A stretch of 64,000 nucleotides of DNA, taken from positions 21,762,001-21,826,000 of the forward strand of contig NC_042998.1 in NCBI RefSeq assembly GCF_006345805.1, in the 5' to 3' direction. The stretch is from Octopus sinensis (taxonomy: Eukaryota). The notes below the pieces were generated by a model. The model did no database searches. It saw only the letters and a list, made by a program, of their open reading frames with translations, and had not been told where the DNA came from. Position numbers and translations under genes: made by a program. This document shows, piece after piece, positions 11,496 through 23,907 of the stretch (position 1 is its first letter; the number at the start of each line of letters is the position of its first letter).

Positions 11496-12460
11496 TGTTA
11501 CGAACCACCAGCCGTCGCTTAAACTCTTCGGGAAAAACCCGGGACCCTACCAAGTCGAGCGACGACGATTTACCGGCCCGATCGATCGGTGAACTCGCCA
11601 CGGACTCAGGGAGAGAGAGAATTCGGTGGGGGAAGAGGTGGGCAGCAGCGAACCCGGCAACCGGCGACCGGAGATAACAACAACAACAGGAAGAGATACA
11701 AAGAGAGACGGCGGAAGGCAATTGGCTACATTTAACAACAGTTTATACAATTATTACAACATCAAATAAAATACATGCAAGAAAGCAAGAAAACAACAAA
11801 TCAAAGCATGCAGATCAATATACAGTTCAGAGACAAATCGGTTCAGATCAATTAAAACAAATAACGTTCACATTAACGATACAGTTCAAAGTTCTTTAAA
11901 GTCTACATTAGAGTCTTTCTCCATCTTTCTTTCTTTTCAACAACTCTTTTACTTAATTCACAATGTCTTTACACAGTTCTTTCTTTGCTTTCCGCAATTC
12001 TGTAACAGTTCTTTTCACATATCAAACATAAATAAACATACCGTTACGAGCTACTACAATAGCCAAATGCCCTCATACCGTAGTCCCTCTCTCTCGCTCC
12101 TTAATCCTATGTGTATATCCTTCTCCACGTTGTCGCCGCCCCTCGCCGTGATCTTATCTGCCTGTCCTCCTCTTTCACATTCACCGTCATTCTCTCGCTT
12201 GTCAACCCCTCAGATTCCCTGTCTGTCTTCCTCTACTGACAGGCCCTCGTATCAGTCTCGTCTCTGCTAGAGCTGCCGGCCGACTGTCCTTACAGGTTCA
12301 CAGTTCCTGCTTTTTAAGGGATATTTCCTCGAACTTTCTTTCACCTGAAAAGGGTCGAAGGTCTCCCAAGAGCTCATCAATCCACCTAAATCTGATAGGA
12401 CAAAGGATTTATTCACAAAAGTCGGTCGCAAGCACTGTCCCTGAATTGACCCCCATAACA
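11496..12460. mobile_element. Solo LTR (965 bp), probably Gypsy-type
   Basis: Starts TGTTA and ends TAACA (5-bp terminal inverted repeat, TG...CA); ATAT flanks both sides (11492-11495, 12461-12464); GC-richer than its flanks; no coding similarity seen. Confidence 0.8.
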
Positions 12461-12689
12461 ATATAAAAGTTTTCAGACTTTTTCAGCAGAGACATTTATT
12501 AATTTCAAAGAAAATCTCCTTCAAAGCAAGATGCACTTGTTTTTGTGCTCCAGCCACTTCACGAAGGCCCCATGAAAGTCCACCAGGGAAAAGGTGTCCA
12601 TGCTTTTCATTGGTAAGCAAGCTACTTACCACACAGCCACTCCGGCGCCTATATATATATATATCTTTAAAAGGCAATAAGCATTAAAA

Positions 12690-13348
12690 AGGACAACAGA
12701 GGAAGAAGAAAGTTTGACAAAAATTGTATCCATTTAAAGCTCCAAAAGCGAAAAAGAATAACTCGCGGTTTTGGACGTTGGTCCTCCATCAGAAGAATAG
12801 AAAGAAAGAGAGAATCCTAAAAAGAGTGAGAGACAAAAAATGATTAGAGTAATTTTTAAACTAGGAAGGACACAGGAGGAAGGTGAAGGTGAGATCGCTG
12901 CTCTGTGCAAGAGTTGTACTTGCATCTACAAACCCGTCCCTTCGTCCCTTCTTAGCTCTTCAAGTGTTTGCTTCATTATTGATGATTCTTTTTCAGGTTG
13001 TGTGCGACCAATTTTCGAACAATTAAAACTTTTCGTTCCTTTCGATCCATTTTTCCCCCTCAATTTGTGCTGGACAGTTTTATAACTACCATTGCGTTAC
13101 TTACTGAGTTCATTAGCTGTGACAATTGCGTGCAGTCTTTCTGAATCGAGTCCTTTAGAAGGTAAAGCATCAGTTGTTACATGCGGACTGCAAAGGAATG
13201 AAAATGGCAAACGGAAGTGAGAGAGGAACAAAAATAGTCTTTTTTGAAAGAGTGGATGGAAGGAGTGGTGGAAACTTGAAGAGTGGGAAGCGGTCAAGCA
13301 GTTCTGACAGGTGGAAGTGGAGAAAGAAATGAATGATAATCCCTGACT

Positions 13349-13350
<2 letters not shown>
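12690..13350 (-). mobile_element. Penelope-like element 3' fragment (linker/GIY-YIG remnant plus terminal region)
   Basis: Minus translations IIIHFFLHFHLSELLDRFPLFKFPPLL and ERKVLIVRKLVAHNLKRIIN resemble PLE C-termini; degenerate hammerhead-like motif at 12765-12795. Confidence 0.5.
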
Positions 13351-13386
<36 letters not shown>

Positions 13387-13547
13387 CCAAGAGAGTCAGA
13401 GGTTGTGAATTCAACCAACTAAGGGATAATATCTATCCAATATACTGCTGGGTAGAATACCCAATTATTAATACACAAGTGTTTTGTTTTTTTATTGCGT
13501 GGCAATTACACGACTGAATGTAATAAATGGATGAGGGTAAAAAGCTG

Positions 13548-13790
13548 TTTTACCCTCAAGGCAAAAAGCCCCATTTGTGAAACCGGGAAAATCCACCTTT
13601 CTGCAAGTTCTTTTTCTATCACTCAATTCATCAACACTATAACTGCTCTGGGTGGATTTTACTGCTGCACTTGCGTTATCAGCTTCATGGAGTGCGTAAA
13701 GCATGAAATGTCTGAAGTGTTCATTAGCTAAAATCGAATACGGGGCCAGGTTGCAAGCTATTTTGTGAATGGTTTTCTTATAACCTGAAA
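13548..13790 (-). pseudogene. Mariner transposase N-terminal fragment
   Basis: ANEHFRHFMLYALHEADNASAAV...DELSDRKRTCRK...FTNGAFCLEGK matches the mariner HTH region. Confidence 0.65.
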
Positions 13791-13949
13791 ACAGATATAG
13801 ATTTCTCGTGGCTGTGGCATGACTGAACAGTATAAAGAGATATTAATTACATGGATCGTGATCAGCTTTTTCAAATCATAAATTGGACAGAACATTCATG
13901 CACATACATAAACACACACACACACACACATCACATACACGTGTATATA

Positions 13950-14515
13950 TTGGGTTGTCCAGAAAGTTCATGCCGATTTATAGTAGCTTACCTTTCGACT
14001 TATTTTAGAACGTGGTCGAGTCCATAAAATAGGATTTGACTACACCTCCATTTAGAGCACAGTTTAAGCTATCTTTTCATGGAAGAATATTTATGTTCCT
14101 ATAACCTGTGTTAATTCTGTAACCCTTTAAAATGGAAGATAGGAAAGTTCATTTTCGGCACTTGATGCTTTGGGAACAGGACAAAAATTGCTGCAGCTTG
14201 GCTGGGATGTGTTACCCCACCCTCCATATTCACCAGATATTGCTCCTTCAGATTTCCACTTATTCAGGTCTCTGCAGAATAGTCTTAATGGTAACAATTT
14301 CAATTCCTTGGATGACGTAAAAAGATACCTTGATGAATTCTTTGCCATGAAACCACCTCAGTTCTGGGAAGAGGGTATTTTCAAGTTAAAGGAAAGATGG
14401 AGACACATTGTGCAACAAAATGGTTCATATTTGGTTGATTAAAAATGCAATGGCAAGTATTTATTGACCTTTTTCTTGCCTTTAAAAATCGGCACGAACT
14501 TTCCGGACAACCCAA
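13950..14515 (+). mobile_element. Internally deleted mariner (mellifera-like), 566 bp
   Basis: 30-bp TIRs TTGGGTTGTCC(A/G)GAAAGTTC(A/G)TGCCGATTT, TA at both ends; MEDRKVHFRHLMLWE is joined to QKLLQLGWDVLPHPPYSPDIAPSDFHLFRSLQNSLNG. Confidence 0.95.
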
Positions 14516-14517
14516 TA

Positions 14518-16183
14518 TTATGTTGTCTCACATGAAATGTTGCATTTAAAAAAGGAAACAAAAAATTGTTCTTTAAGTTTTAGAATATTTATTTATTTAA
14601 TCAAATTAGGATCCTTGTTCATTTATGACCTTCATCCAACATTCCTCTAAGGCATATATTCCATCTTCAAAGAATTTGTTATCTTTTACACTGATAAACT
14701 GTTCAAAATGCTTCAATTACCTCTTCTTTATTTAAGAATGTTTTATTGCGTATAGCAAGCTCGAAGTGTTTAAATATTACTCTTTTACTCTTTTACTTGT
14801 TTCAGTCATTTGACTGCGTCCATGCTGGAGCACCACCTTTAGTCGAACAAATCGACCCCGGGACTTATTCTTTGTAAGCCCAGTACTTATTCTATCGGTC
14901 TCTTTTGCCGAACCGCTAAGTGACGGGGACGTAAACACACCAGCATCGGTTGTCAAGCAATGCTAGGTAGACAAACACAAACGCACACACACTCACACAC
15001 ACACACATATATATATATACATATATACGACAGGCTTCTTTCAGTTTCCGTCTACCAAATCCACTCACAAGGCATTGGTCGGCCCGGGGCTATGGCAGAA
15101 GACACTTGCCCAAGATGCCACGCAGTGGGACTGAACCCGGAACCATGTGGTTGGTTAGCAAGCTACTTACCAGACAGCCACTCATGCGCCTGTTTAAATA
15201 TGTGATAATCAATAGGAGAGATATCAGGAAAATAAGGAGGATGTGCCAAAATTTTATAATTCAGGCTTTGCAACTTGTAGACCGTAGCTTGAGGAGTGTG
15301 AGGCCATGCATTGTCATGAAGCAAAATTGGTCCATCTTTATTCACTAATCTGAGTTGCTTCTTTTTTAATTTTTTATGCATACAATCAATTTCTTAACAA
15401 TAGGATGTTGCTGTTACAGTTTTTCCTTGTTGCAAAAATGTATAATGAATAACCCCCTTAGTTGACCACCAACTTTTTAGGGTGCAATGGTGGTTTTGGG
15501 TTGTGTTTTGATGACTCTCCTGCATCTAACCACTGCCCTGTCCTCCTGCTGTTATTAAAGAGTATTCATCTCTCATCACACATAATGAGTCGATACAAAA
15601 ATGGTTCTCTTTCCAACCGAGAAATCAACACGGAACACACTGTAAGGCGTCTGTTTCTTTGAATCTCATTAAGTTGATGGGGAACAAACCTATCCATCTT
15701 TTTGACTTTTCCAATTTGTCGAGAAGCAGTTGCAGAAAATGTCAGGAGCTCTGGTTCGATTTTTCGGACCATTGTTCTCGGATTTCGTTTAACCAAAGCA
15801 TTCAATCCATCATGCCGAAAAACTGATTTTGGTCTCCCTCTTGGTTCATTTTTAAAGCTTTCATTTCCTGAACGAAATCTTTGGAACCATCTCTGAACAG
15901 TTCTAATGTCAACAGATCCATTACCAAAAGCCCGCTTGATGTTTCATAGAGCTTCAGTGGCAGAGTGAGCCAACTCATATTCATACAAGAAAATCACTTG
16001 GTATTATTCAGTTATCAACATTCTCATAAGAGCTGTAGGTAGCAATTTTGAATACAGGCATTGTCTTGAAAGAAAAAGAGTTAAGAGTAAACAGAAGCAA
16101 ATACATAGAAACTCATTAGAAATTCATTTATAGATGATTCATATGTAACCCATTTAAAATACATTTCATGTGAGACAACCTTA
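14518..16183 (-). mobile_element. Full-length degenerate mariner (cecropia/Hsmar1-like) interrupted by a SINE
   Basis: TIRs T(T/A)A(T/G)GTTGTCTCACATGAAATGT with flanking TA; fragments KVKKMDRFVPHQL, PFLYRLIMCDER, GPILLHDNA, HPPYFPDISPIDYHIFK and EDGIYALEECW. Confidence 0.9.
14777..15190 (-). mobile_element. SINE family A inserted in the mariner transposase
   Basis: 10-bp TSD TGTTTAAATA at 14767-14776 and 15191-15200. Confidence 0.95.
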
Positions 16184-16199
16184 TACTCTAACTGTTTAA

Positions 16200-16247
16200 T
16201 TATATATGGTATACATACATACATACATACATACATACATACATACA

Positions 16248-16280
<33 letters not shown>

Positions 16281-16333
16281 GCATATATATAAATAATATA
16301 TATATATATATATACATACATACATATATGCAT

Positions 16334-16364
<31 letters not shown>

Positions 16365-16447
16365 CATACATACATACATACATATATGCATATATATAAA
16401 TATAAATATATATATATATACATACATACATACATACATATATGCAT

Positions 16448-16496
<49 letters not shown>

Positions 16497-16510
16497 TATG
16501 TATATATATT
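16200..16510. repeat. (TACA)n/(TA)n microsatellite
   Basis: Read directly. Confidence 0.95.
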
Positions 16511-16899
16511 ATGCATATATTGTTTTTATTAACGGTTCCGATGAAACAATTCTATGGACAACTATGTAATATATATTTCATGGCGTGCACTACCAGAGCA
16601 TTATTAAAAGGTAAAGAAATATGTCCAAAGACATAATGTGGTAATTCTCACCATGGAAGTAATGTAACAATTGTCAACTATGAATATATCATAAATTCCA
16701 ATTTTCGATTTTTATTATTCATATTCTACAACGAAGTTGGAATTTGCGGATTTTCTGTTTATTTGAAACACCAGTTTCCTGGCGAGTGTATTCCCCTTTT
16801 TGTAATTTTCAGATAGCAACCGTCGTCGGGAGTGCTTAGCAAGGTAAACATCTGGATTACGTTGTCCTTACTAAATTACTATACACACACACACACATT

Positions 16900-17082
16900 A
16901 TTCTTTTTATTCTTTTACTTGTTTCAGTCATTTGACTGCGGCCATGCTGGAGTACAGTCTTTGGTCGAACATATCGACCCCAGGACTTATTCTTTGTAAG
17001 CCTGGCACTTATTCTATCGGTCTCTTTTGCCGAACCGCTAAGTTACGAGGGCGTAAACATACCAACATCGGTTGACAAGCGA
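16900..17082 (-). mobile_element. SINE family A, 3' half
   Basis: Matches the consensus tail. Confidence 0.85.
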
Positions 17083-17384
17083 AAGACCAGTGAAAAAAAT
17101 CTGCAGTTGCTCTATCCAGATTACAAGTTCAGGTTTATAGCTGTAATTATTGGGGCCTTGGGATATGTAACACACTGCCTAGATAGCAATTTTGAGAATA
17201 TAGGCTTCTCAAGACCAGAAAGGAAACAGCTGGAACTGTAAAAATCTGTAAAACTTTATAGAAGTTTAGCATTCAAGTATATATGAGCATATCTAGATAT
17301 GAAACTATATGCATGAAAATACATACATAAAACAAAACATACAAATCTGCGCACATACATACATACATACATACATACATACAC

Positions 17385-17422
<38 letters not shown>

Positions 17423-17552
17423 AACAAACAAACAAACAAACAAACAAACAAACAAACAAACAAACAAACAAAAATACCCTGCTGTTGATGTTGAAATTCC
17501 AATAAAGGAGCCTTGGATATTGGCAAGAAATCTTGAAATAAAACTGAACAAT
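17083..17552 (+). mobile_element. 3' end of a LINE with restriction-like endonuclease (R2/NeSL-type group); microsatellite-containing 3' UTR
   Basis: NLQLLYPDYKFRFIAVIIGALGYVTHCLDSNFENIGFS matches the RLE C-terminal vIIGALG motif. Confidence 0.7.
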
Positions 17553-18155
17553 GACATATATATGTACATACATGCATGCATACATACATACATATATACA
17601 TACATACATACATACATACATACATGTATACATACATACATAAATACATATATACATACATACATACATACATACACATATATCTACATATGTATATATA
17701 TGCATGTTATCGTGCGTGTATTTATATCATTTTGTGTACACACACACGTGTGTGTGTGTGTGTGTGCATATATATTTATATAACTATATGTATATACAGA
17801 GAGAGAGAGAGAGACGGGGGAGAAGAGAGGAGAGAATAAAAGATCGAGAGGAGGAGAGAGAGAGAGAACGAGAGGGGAAGAGAGCAAGGGAGGGAGAGAG
17901 AGATGAAGGGAAAGAAAGGAAATACCGACTTCCTTCCAATCAGTCTACTTTCACTTTCGCATTATCTCTTCCCTATTCTACCACCCCCTCTTTCTCCCCT
18001 CCCTCTCTCCCCATTCTCTCTCTCTCTCGCTCACTCTCTTATTCTTCCTCTCAACGACATCTGCCCTGTTTAGCTTACAGTTCGTTTCGTGGCATATTCC
18101 TCTTACCTCCTTCATCAACATCCGTAACCGCTTTTCCAAACCTTCCTCTTCTACA

Positions 18156-18206
<51 letters not shown>

Positions 18207-18479
18207 TCACTCCTTTCCTCCCCCTTTCTCTCTCTATCTCTCTCTCTAGCTCTATCTATATATCTATCTATCTATCTATTTATCTCACCCTTTCTTTCTC
18301 TCTCTCACAGCGCACACAGCCAGTGTCTTATCCCTTAAAATCCAATACTTCAGTTTCAGCAACATCGATTTTTCAACTTTCACATTCCATACTATAAATA
18401 TCCGTTAAAAATACCTAAAATCCTATTTTCCTTTCATTTATAACCCTTTAGCATACTATGACTTGTTCTACTTTTACGA

Positions 18480-18563
18480 GGTGCTTACATACATACATAC
18501 ATACATACATATATACATACATACATACAAACGTACATACAATGGGTGCATTTGTGTTTGTGT

Positions 18564-18595
<32 letters not shown>

Positions 18596-19272
18596 ACATA
18601 CACACACATGCATATATATAAGTATATATATATATATAAGTATATATATATATAAGTATATATATATATTAAGTATATATATAGTATATATAAGTATATA
18701 TATATGTATATATATATGAATATATATATGTATATTATATATGAATATGTATATATAATGAAATATATATATATATGTATATATATATGAATAATATATA
18801 TGTTATATATATATATAATATGTTGATATATATATGAATATAAATATATGAATATAATATGAAATATATATGTATATATATGAATATATATATATATGTA
18901 TATATATATGAATATATATATGAATATATATATGAATATATATATGTATATGTATAATATAGTATATATATATGTATATAATATGAATATATATATGATA
19001 TAATATGTATATATATATGAATAATATATGTATATATATATGGATATATATATGTATATATATATGGATATCTATGTATATATATATGAATATATATATG
19101 TATATATATATTATATATTATGAATATATATATGTATATATATATGCATATATATGCATGTATATATATATATATGTACATATATGTGTTTGTGATATAT
19201 ATGTTGTGCATATATATATGCATGTATATTATAGATGTATGTATGTATATATATATATACATATGTATATAT
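18480..19272. repeat. Long TA-rich microsatellite
   Basis: Read directly. Confidence 0.95.
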
Positions 19273-19548
19273 TTAATTAATAAGGGTGAGAGAATTAGAT
19301 ACTAATTTAATAGTATTTATTCAACACCAAGTGGCCTAGTGCTACGAGAAACCTGGATTATTATAATATTTTATAACATATTATAATATTTTTACAAAAT
19401 AATATAAGAGGAGTGGTCACTATATTGCTCACTCTAGCACCAGTTAATCCAAAGGTTTCAACCAGAAAAATACATGTTTCCATGAAAGCCAGTACGACCG
19501 TTAGCTCACACGACAGGGCAAGTAAAAAATAACAAAAATACAGATTAT

Positions 19549-19630
19549 TCTTGGGACAATTGTTTCGCTATTCATGAATTAAATGTAATACTACTTACAA
19601 AAAAATCCATTTGTAGCTCGTCAGCCAAGA
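19549..19630 (-). ncRNA. Type I hammerhead ribozyme
   Basis: TCTTGG-CTGACGA-GCTA-[43 nt]-TAGC-GAAA-C-AATT-G-TC^-CCAAGA: intact core, stems I/II/III, GUC cleavage triplet. Confidence 0.85.
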
Positions 19631-20074
19631 CTATCTGGATGAAATCCACTCAATCAACGCCAGATTGTACCATAACGATAAATACGCGTGTGGTTCAATG
19701 ATTACATCCGACGTTATAATTCAAGTGCCCCAACTAACAGCGCGCCCAACTTTCACGGAAAACAAATACAGCATTAGAAATAAATGCAGCATAATTATAA
19801 TTAATTAATAAGGGTGAGAGAATTAGATACTAATTTAATAGTATATTTATTCAACACCAAGTGGCCTAGTGCTACGAGAAACCTGGATTATTATAATATT
19901 TTATAACATATTATAATTTTTTACAAAATAATATAAGAGAGTGGTCACTATATTGCTCACTCTAGCACCAGTTATCCAAAGGGTTTCAACCACGAAAATA
20001 CATGTTCCATGAAAGCCAGTACGACCGTTAGCTCACACGGACCGGGCAAGAAAAAATAACAAAAATACAGATTA

Positions 20075-20153
20075 TTTGGGACAATTGTTTCGCTATAATG
20101 AATTAAATGTAATACTACTTACAAAAAAATCCATTGTAGCTCGTCAGCCACGA
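20075..20153 (-). ncRNA. Type I hammerhead ribozyme, copy 2 (weaker stem I)
   Basis: Core, stem II and stem III intact; stem I reads TCGTGG/CCAAAT. Confidence 0.65.
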
Positions 20154-20594
20154 CTATCTGGATGAAATCCACTCAATCACACGCCAGATTTTACCATAAC
20201 GAAAATACGCGTGTGGTTCAATTGATGACATCCGACGTTATAATTCAAGTGCCCCAATAACAGCGCGCCAACTTTCACGGAAAACAAATACAGCATTTAA
20301 AATAAAAAAAAGATATAATATGTTATAAAATATTATAATATCCAGGTTTGTAGCACTAGGCCACTTGGTGTTGATATAAATTACTATTAATTAGTATCTA
20401 ATTCTCTCACCATTATAATTAATTAAATTATGCTGCATTTATTTCAAATGCTGTATTGTTTCCGTGATGAAAGTTTGGCGCGCTGGGTAGTTGGGGCACT
20501 TGAATTATAACGTCGGATGTAATCAATTGAACACACGCGTATTTATCGTTATGGTAAAATCTGGCGTGTGATTGAGTGGATTTCATCCAGATAG

Positions 20595-20673
20595 TCTTGG
20601 CTGACGAGCTACAAATGGTTTTTTTGTAAGTAGTATTACTTTAATCATTAATAGCGAAACAATTGTCCCAAAA
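20595..20673 (+). ncRNA. Type I hammerhead ribozyme, inverted copy
   Basis: tcttgg CTGACGA gcta...tagc GAAA c aatt g tc ccaaaa. Confidence 0.8.
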
Positions 20674-20822
20674 TAATCTGTATTTTGTTATTTTTTACTT
20701 GCCCTGTCCGTGTGAGCTAACGGTCGTACTGGCTTCATGGGAACATGTATTTTCGTGGTTGAAACCCTTTGGATTAACTGTGTGCTAGAGTGAGCAATAT
20801 AGTGCACACTCTCTTATATTTA

Positions 20823-21531
20823 TTTACATATGGATATATATATATATGTATGTATGTATATATATATATATATACATATGTATATATATAGATAATGGAT
20901 GTATGTATATATATATATATAAATATGTATATATATATATATATATAGATATGTACATATATATATGTATGTATGTTATTATATATATATACATATGTAT
21001 ATTAATATATGTACACATATATATGTATGTATGTATATATTATATATTATATAGATATATATGAATATATATATATATATATGTACATATATATATGTTT
21101 GGTATATATATATTATATATATATGTAATAATATATGTTGGTTATATATATTATTATAATATGTACATATATATGTTTGTGTGTATATATATATATATAT
21201 ATATGTTATATATATAGATATATAGATAAACAAACCAGCAGACAGGCAGAGCGACAGGTAGTTACCTATATACAGGTAGATAATCGCTATACCTACAATC
21301 AAACGCAGACAACTGCAGAAGATACATACACACGCAAACACACACACATTGTATGGATATATGTATGCATGTATGTGTGTGTAAATATATATACATGAAT
21401 GTATTATATATATGTGTGTGTATATGTGTGTGTGTATATATGTGTTTTATATATGTGTGTGTATGTATGTATGCATATATACATACATATGTATATATGT
21501 GTGTGTATGTATGCATATATACACATACATG

Positions 21532-21585
<54 letters not shown>
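20823..21585. repeat. TA/TG-rich microsatellite
   Basis: Read directly. Confidence 0.9.
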
Positions 21586-21999
21586 TCTTTTATTCCTTTA
21601 TTTGTTTCAGTCATTTGAGTGCGACCTTGCTGGAGCATCTCCTTTAGTCGAGCATTTCGATCCCCAGGACATATTCTTTGTAATTCTGGTACTTATTCTA
21701 TCGGTCTCTTTTGCCGAACCGCCAGATTGCGGGGACGTAAACACACCAGCATCGATTGTCAAAAGATGTTGGGGGGAACAAACACAGATACACAAATATA
21801 CACACACACACTCACACACATATGTACATATATATACGATGGGCTTCTTTCAGCTTCCGTCTACCAAATCCACTCACAAGGCTTTGGTCAGCCCGAGGCT
21901 GTAGCAGAAGACACTTGTCCAAGGTGCCACGCAGTGGGACTGAACCTGGAACCATGTGGTTGGGAAGCAAGCTACTTACCACACACCCACTCCTGCGCC
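21586..21999 (-). mobile_element. SINE family A, full length
   Basis: Matches the family consensus. Confidence 0.9.
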
Positions 22000-22009
22000 T
22001 ATAGTCACA

Positions 22010-22068
22010 TATACGTGTATATATATATATATATATATAGTATATATTAATGCATGTGTGAATCAACA

Positions 22069-22100
<32 letters not shown>

Positions 22101-23345
22101 CACATACACACATACACACCTACCTACCTAATACATACATACATACATACAACATACATTACATACATGCATGCTGCATACATACATACATACATACATA
22201 CATACATACATAAATACATACATGCATTATACATACATACATACACACCCACACATACATACATACATATACCACATACACATACACACATACCACCTAC
22301 ATACATAACATACATACATACACACCATACATACATACACACATACACACATACACACATACATACACACACACATACACACATACATACATATACACAT
22401 ACACACATACACACATACCTACCTACATACATACATACATACATACATACATGCATACATATCTGTGCACGCGACTAGGACAACACGAACATATCAGATG
22501 AAAAGTACAATTCAACACAACGCCCATCATCATCATCATCGTCACCACCACCAATGACATCACCACCATTAGTCTATAACTAGATAATCGAATTATGCAC
22601 ATGTATAGGTGTGTATGAATAAATATATAATATATATATACACACACACACACATATATATATATATATGTGTGTGTGTAAGTATGTATATGTATATATG
22701 TATGTATATGTATATATATATATATTTATATGTATGTATGCATATGTATGTATATGTATATATGTATGTATGTATATGTATGTATATGTATATGTATATA
22801 TATATATCTATCTATGTATGTATATGTATATATATATGTGTGTGTGTATTCATTTATAAGAATATATATATTCATATATATATATCTTCATATACATATT
22901 TATATTTATTTATATATATATACATATATATTTATATCTATTTATATATAAATATTTATATATATTTATGTGTGTGTGTGTGTGGTTGTGTGCATATATG
23001 CACGTATGCTTGTATGTATGTGTCTGTATGATTATATTAGTTATGCATTTATATATGCTTTTATGTATGTATGTATGTATGTATGTATGTATGTATGTAT
23101 GTATGCATGTATGCATGTATGCATGTATGCATGTATGTATGTATGTATGTATGTATGTATGTATGTATGTATGTATGCATGCATGCATGCATGCATGCAT
23201 GCATGCATGTATGTATGTATGCAGGTATGTATGTATGCATGTATGTATGTATGCATGTATGTATGCATGTATGTATGTATGTATGTATGTATGTATTTCT
23301 ATGCATGCATGTTTCTATGTATGTATGTGTGTGTGTGTGTATGTA
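22010..23345. repeat. (CATA)n/(TA)n/(TATG)n/(CATG)n compound microsatellites
   Basis: Read directly. Confidence 0.95.
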
Positions 23346-23518
23346 TGAAATAGAATGCAAAACCAAACAGAGACATCAAAGACATAAAAATGGTTGGTGG
23401 TGACAGTTCCACAATGTTGCGTGATTCTAGTTTGGTGAATTCGTTTTCCTTAGCTTATAACTATTTCTTTACAAGACAGTATTCTTAATCAAAGAAACTT
23501 TGGATAGATAGACGGATG

Positions 23519-23571
<53 letters not shown>

Positions 23572-23711
23572 ATAGATAGAAAGAGATAGATAGAGAGAGA
23601 GAAAGACGGAGACAAATAGATAGAGAGAGAGAGGGGGAGAGAGAAAGACAGAGATAGGTATATATATACACATACACAAACATACTATATATCGTGTATA
23701 CATATATAAAT

Positions 23712-23756
<45 letters not shown>

Positions 23757-23864
23757 TAATATATGTATACACATACACACACACGCACAAAGATATGCTT
23801 ACTAAGGGACTGGATATAAAAATAATAACCAGGTGTTCCATGAAACAACCAATTTCGTTTAGTA

Positions 23865-23869
23865 GTAGT

Positions 23870-23907
<38 letters not shown>

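Larger units (their letters stand above)
19273..20822. repeat. ~528-bp repeat: two head-to-tail copies plus one inverted, permuted copy (retrozyme / PLE-terminal-repeat candidate)
   Basis: taagggtgagag at 19281 and 19809; 20312-20822 is the reverse complement of ~19405-19915; flanked on both sides by TA tracts. Confidence 0.9.
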
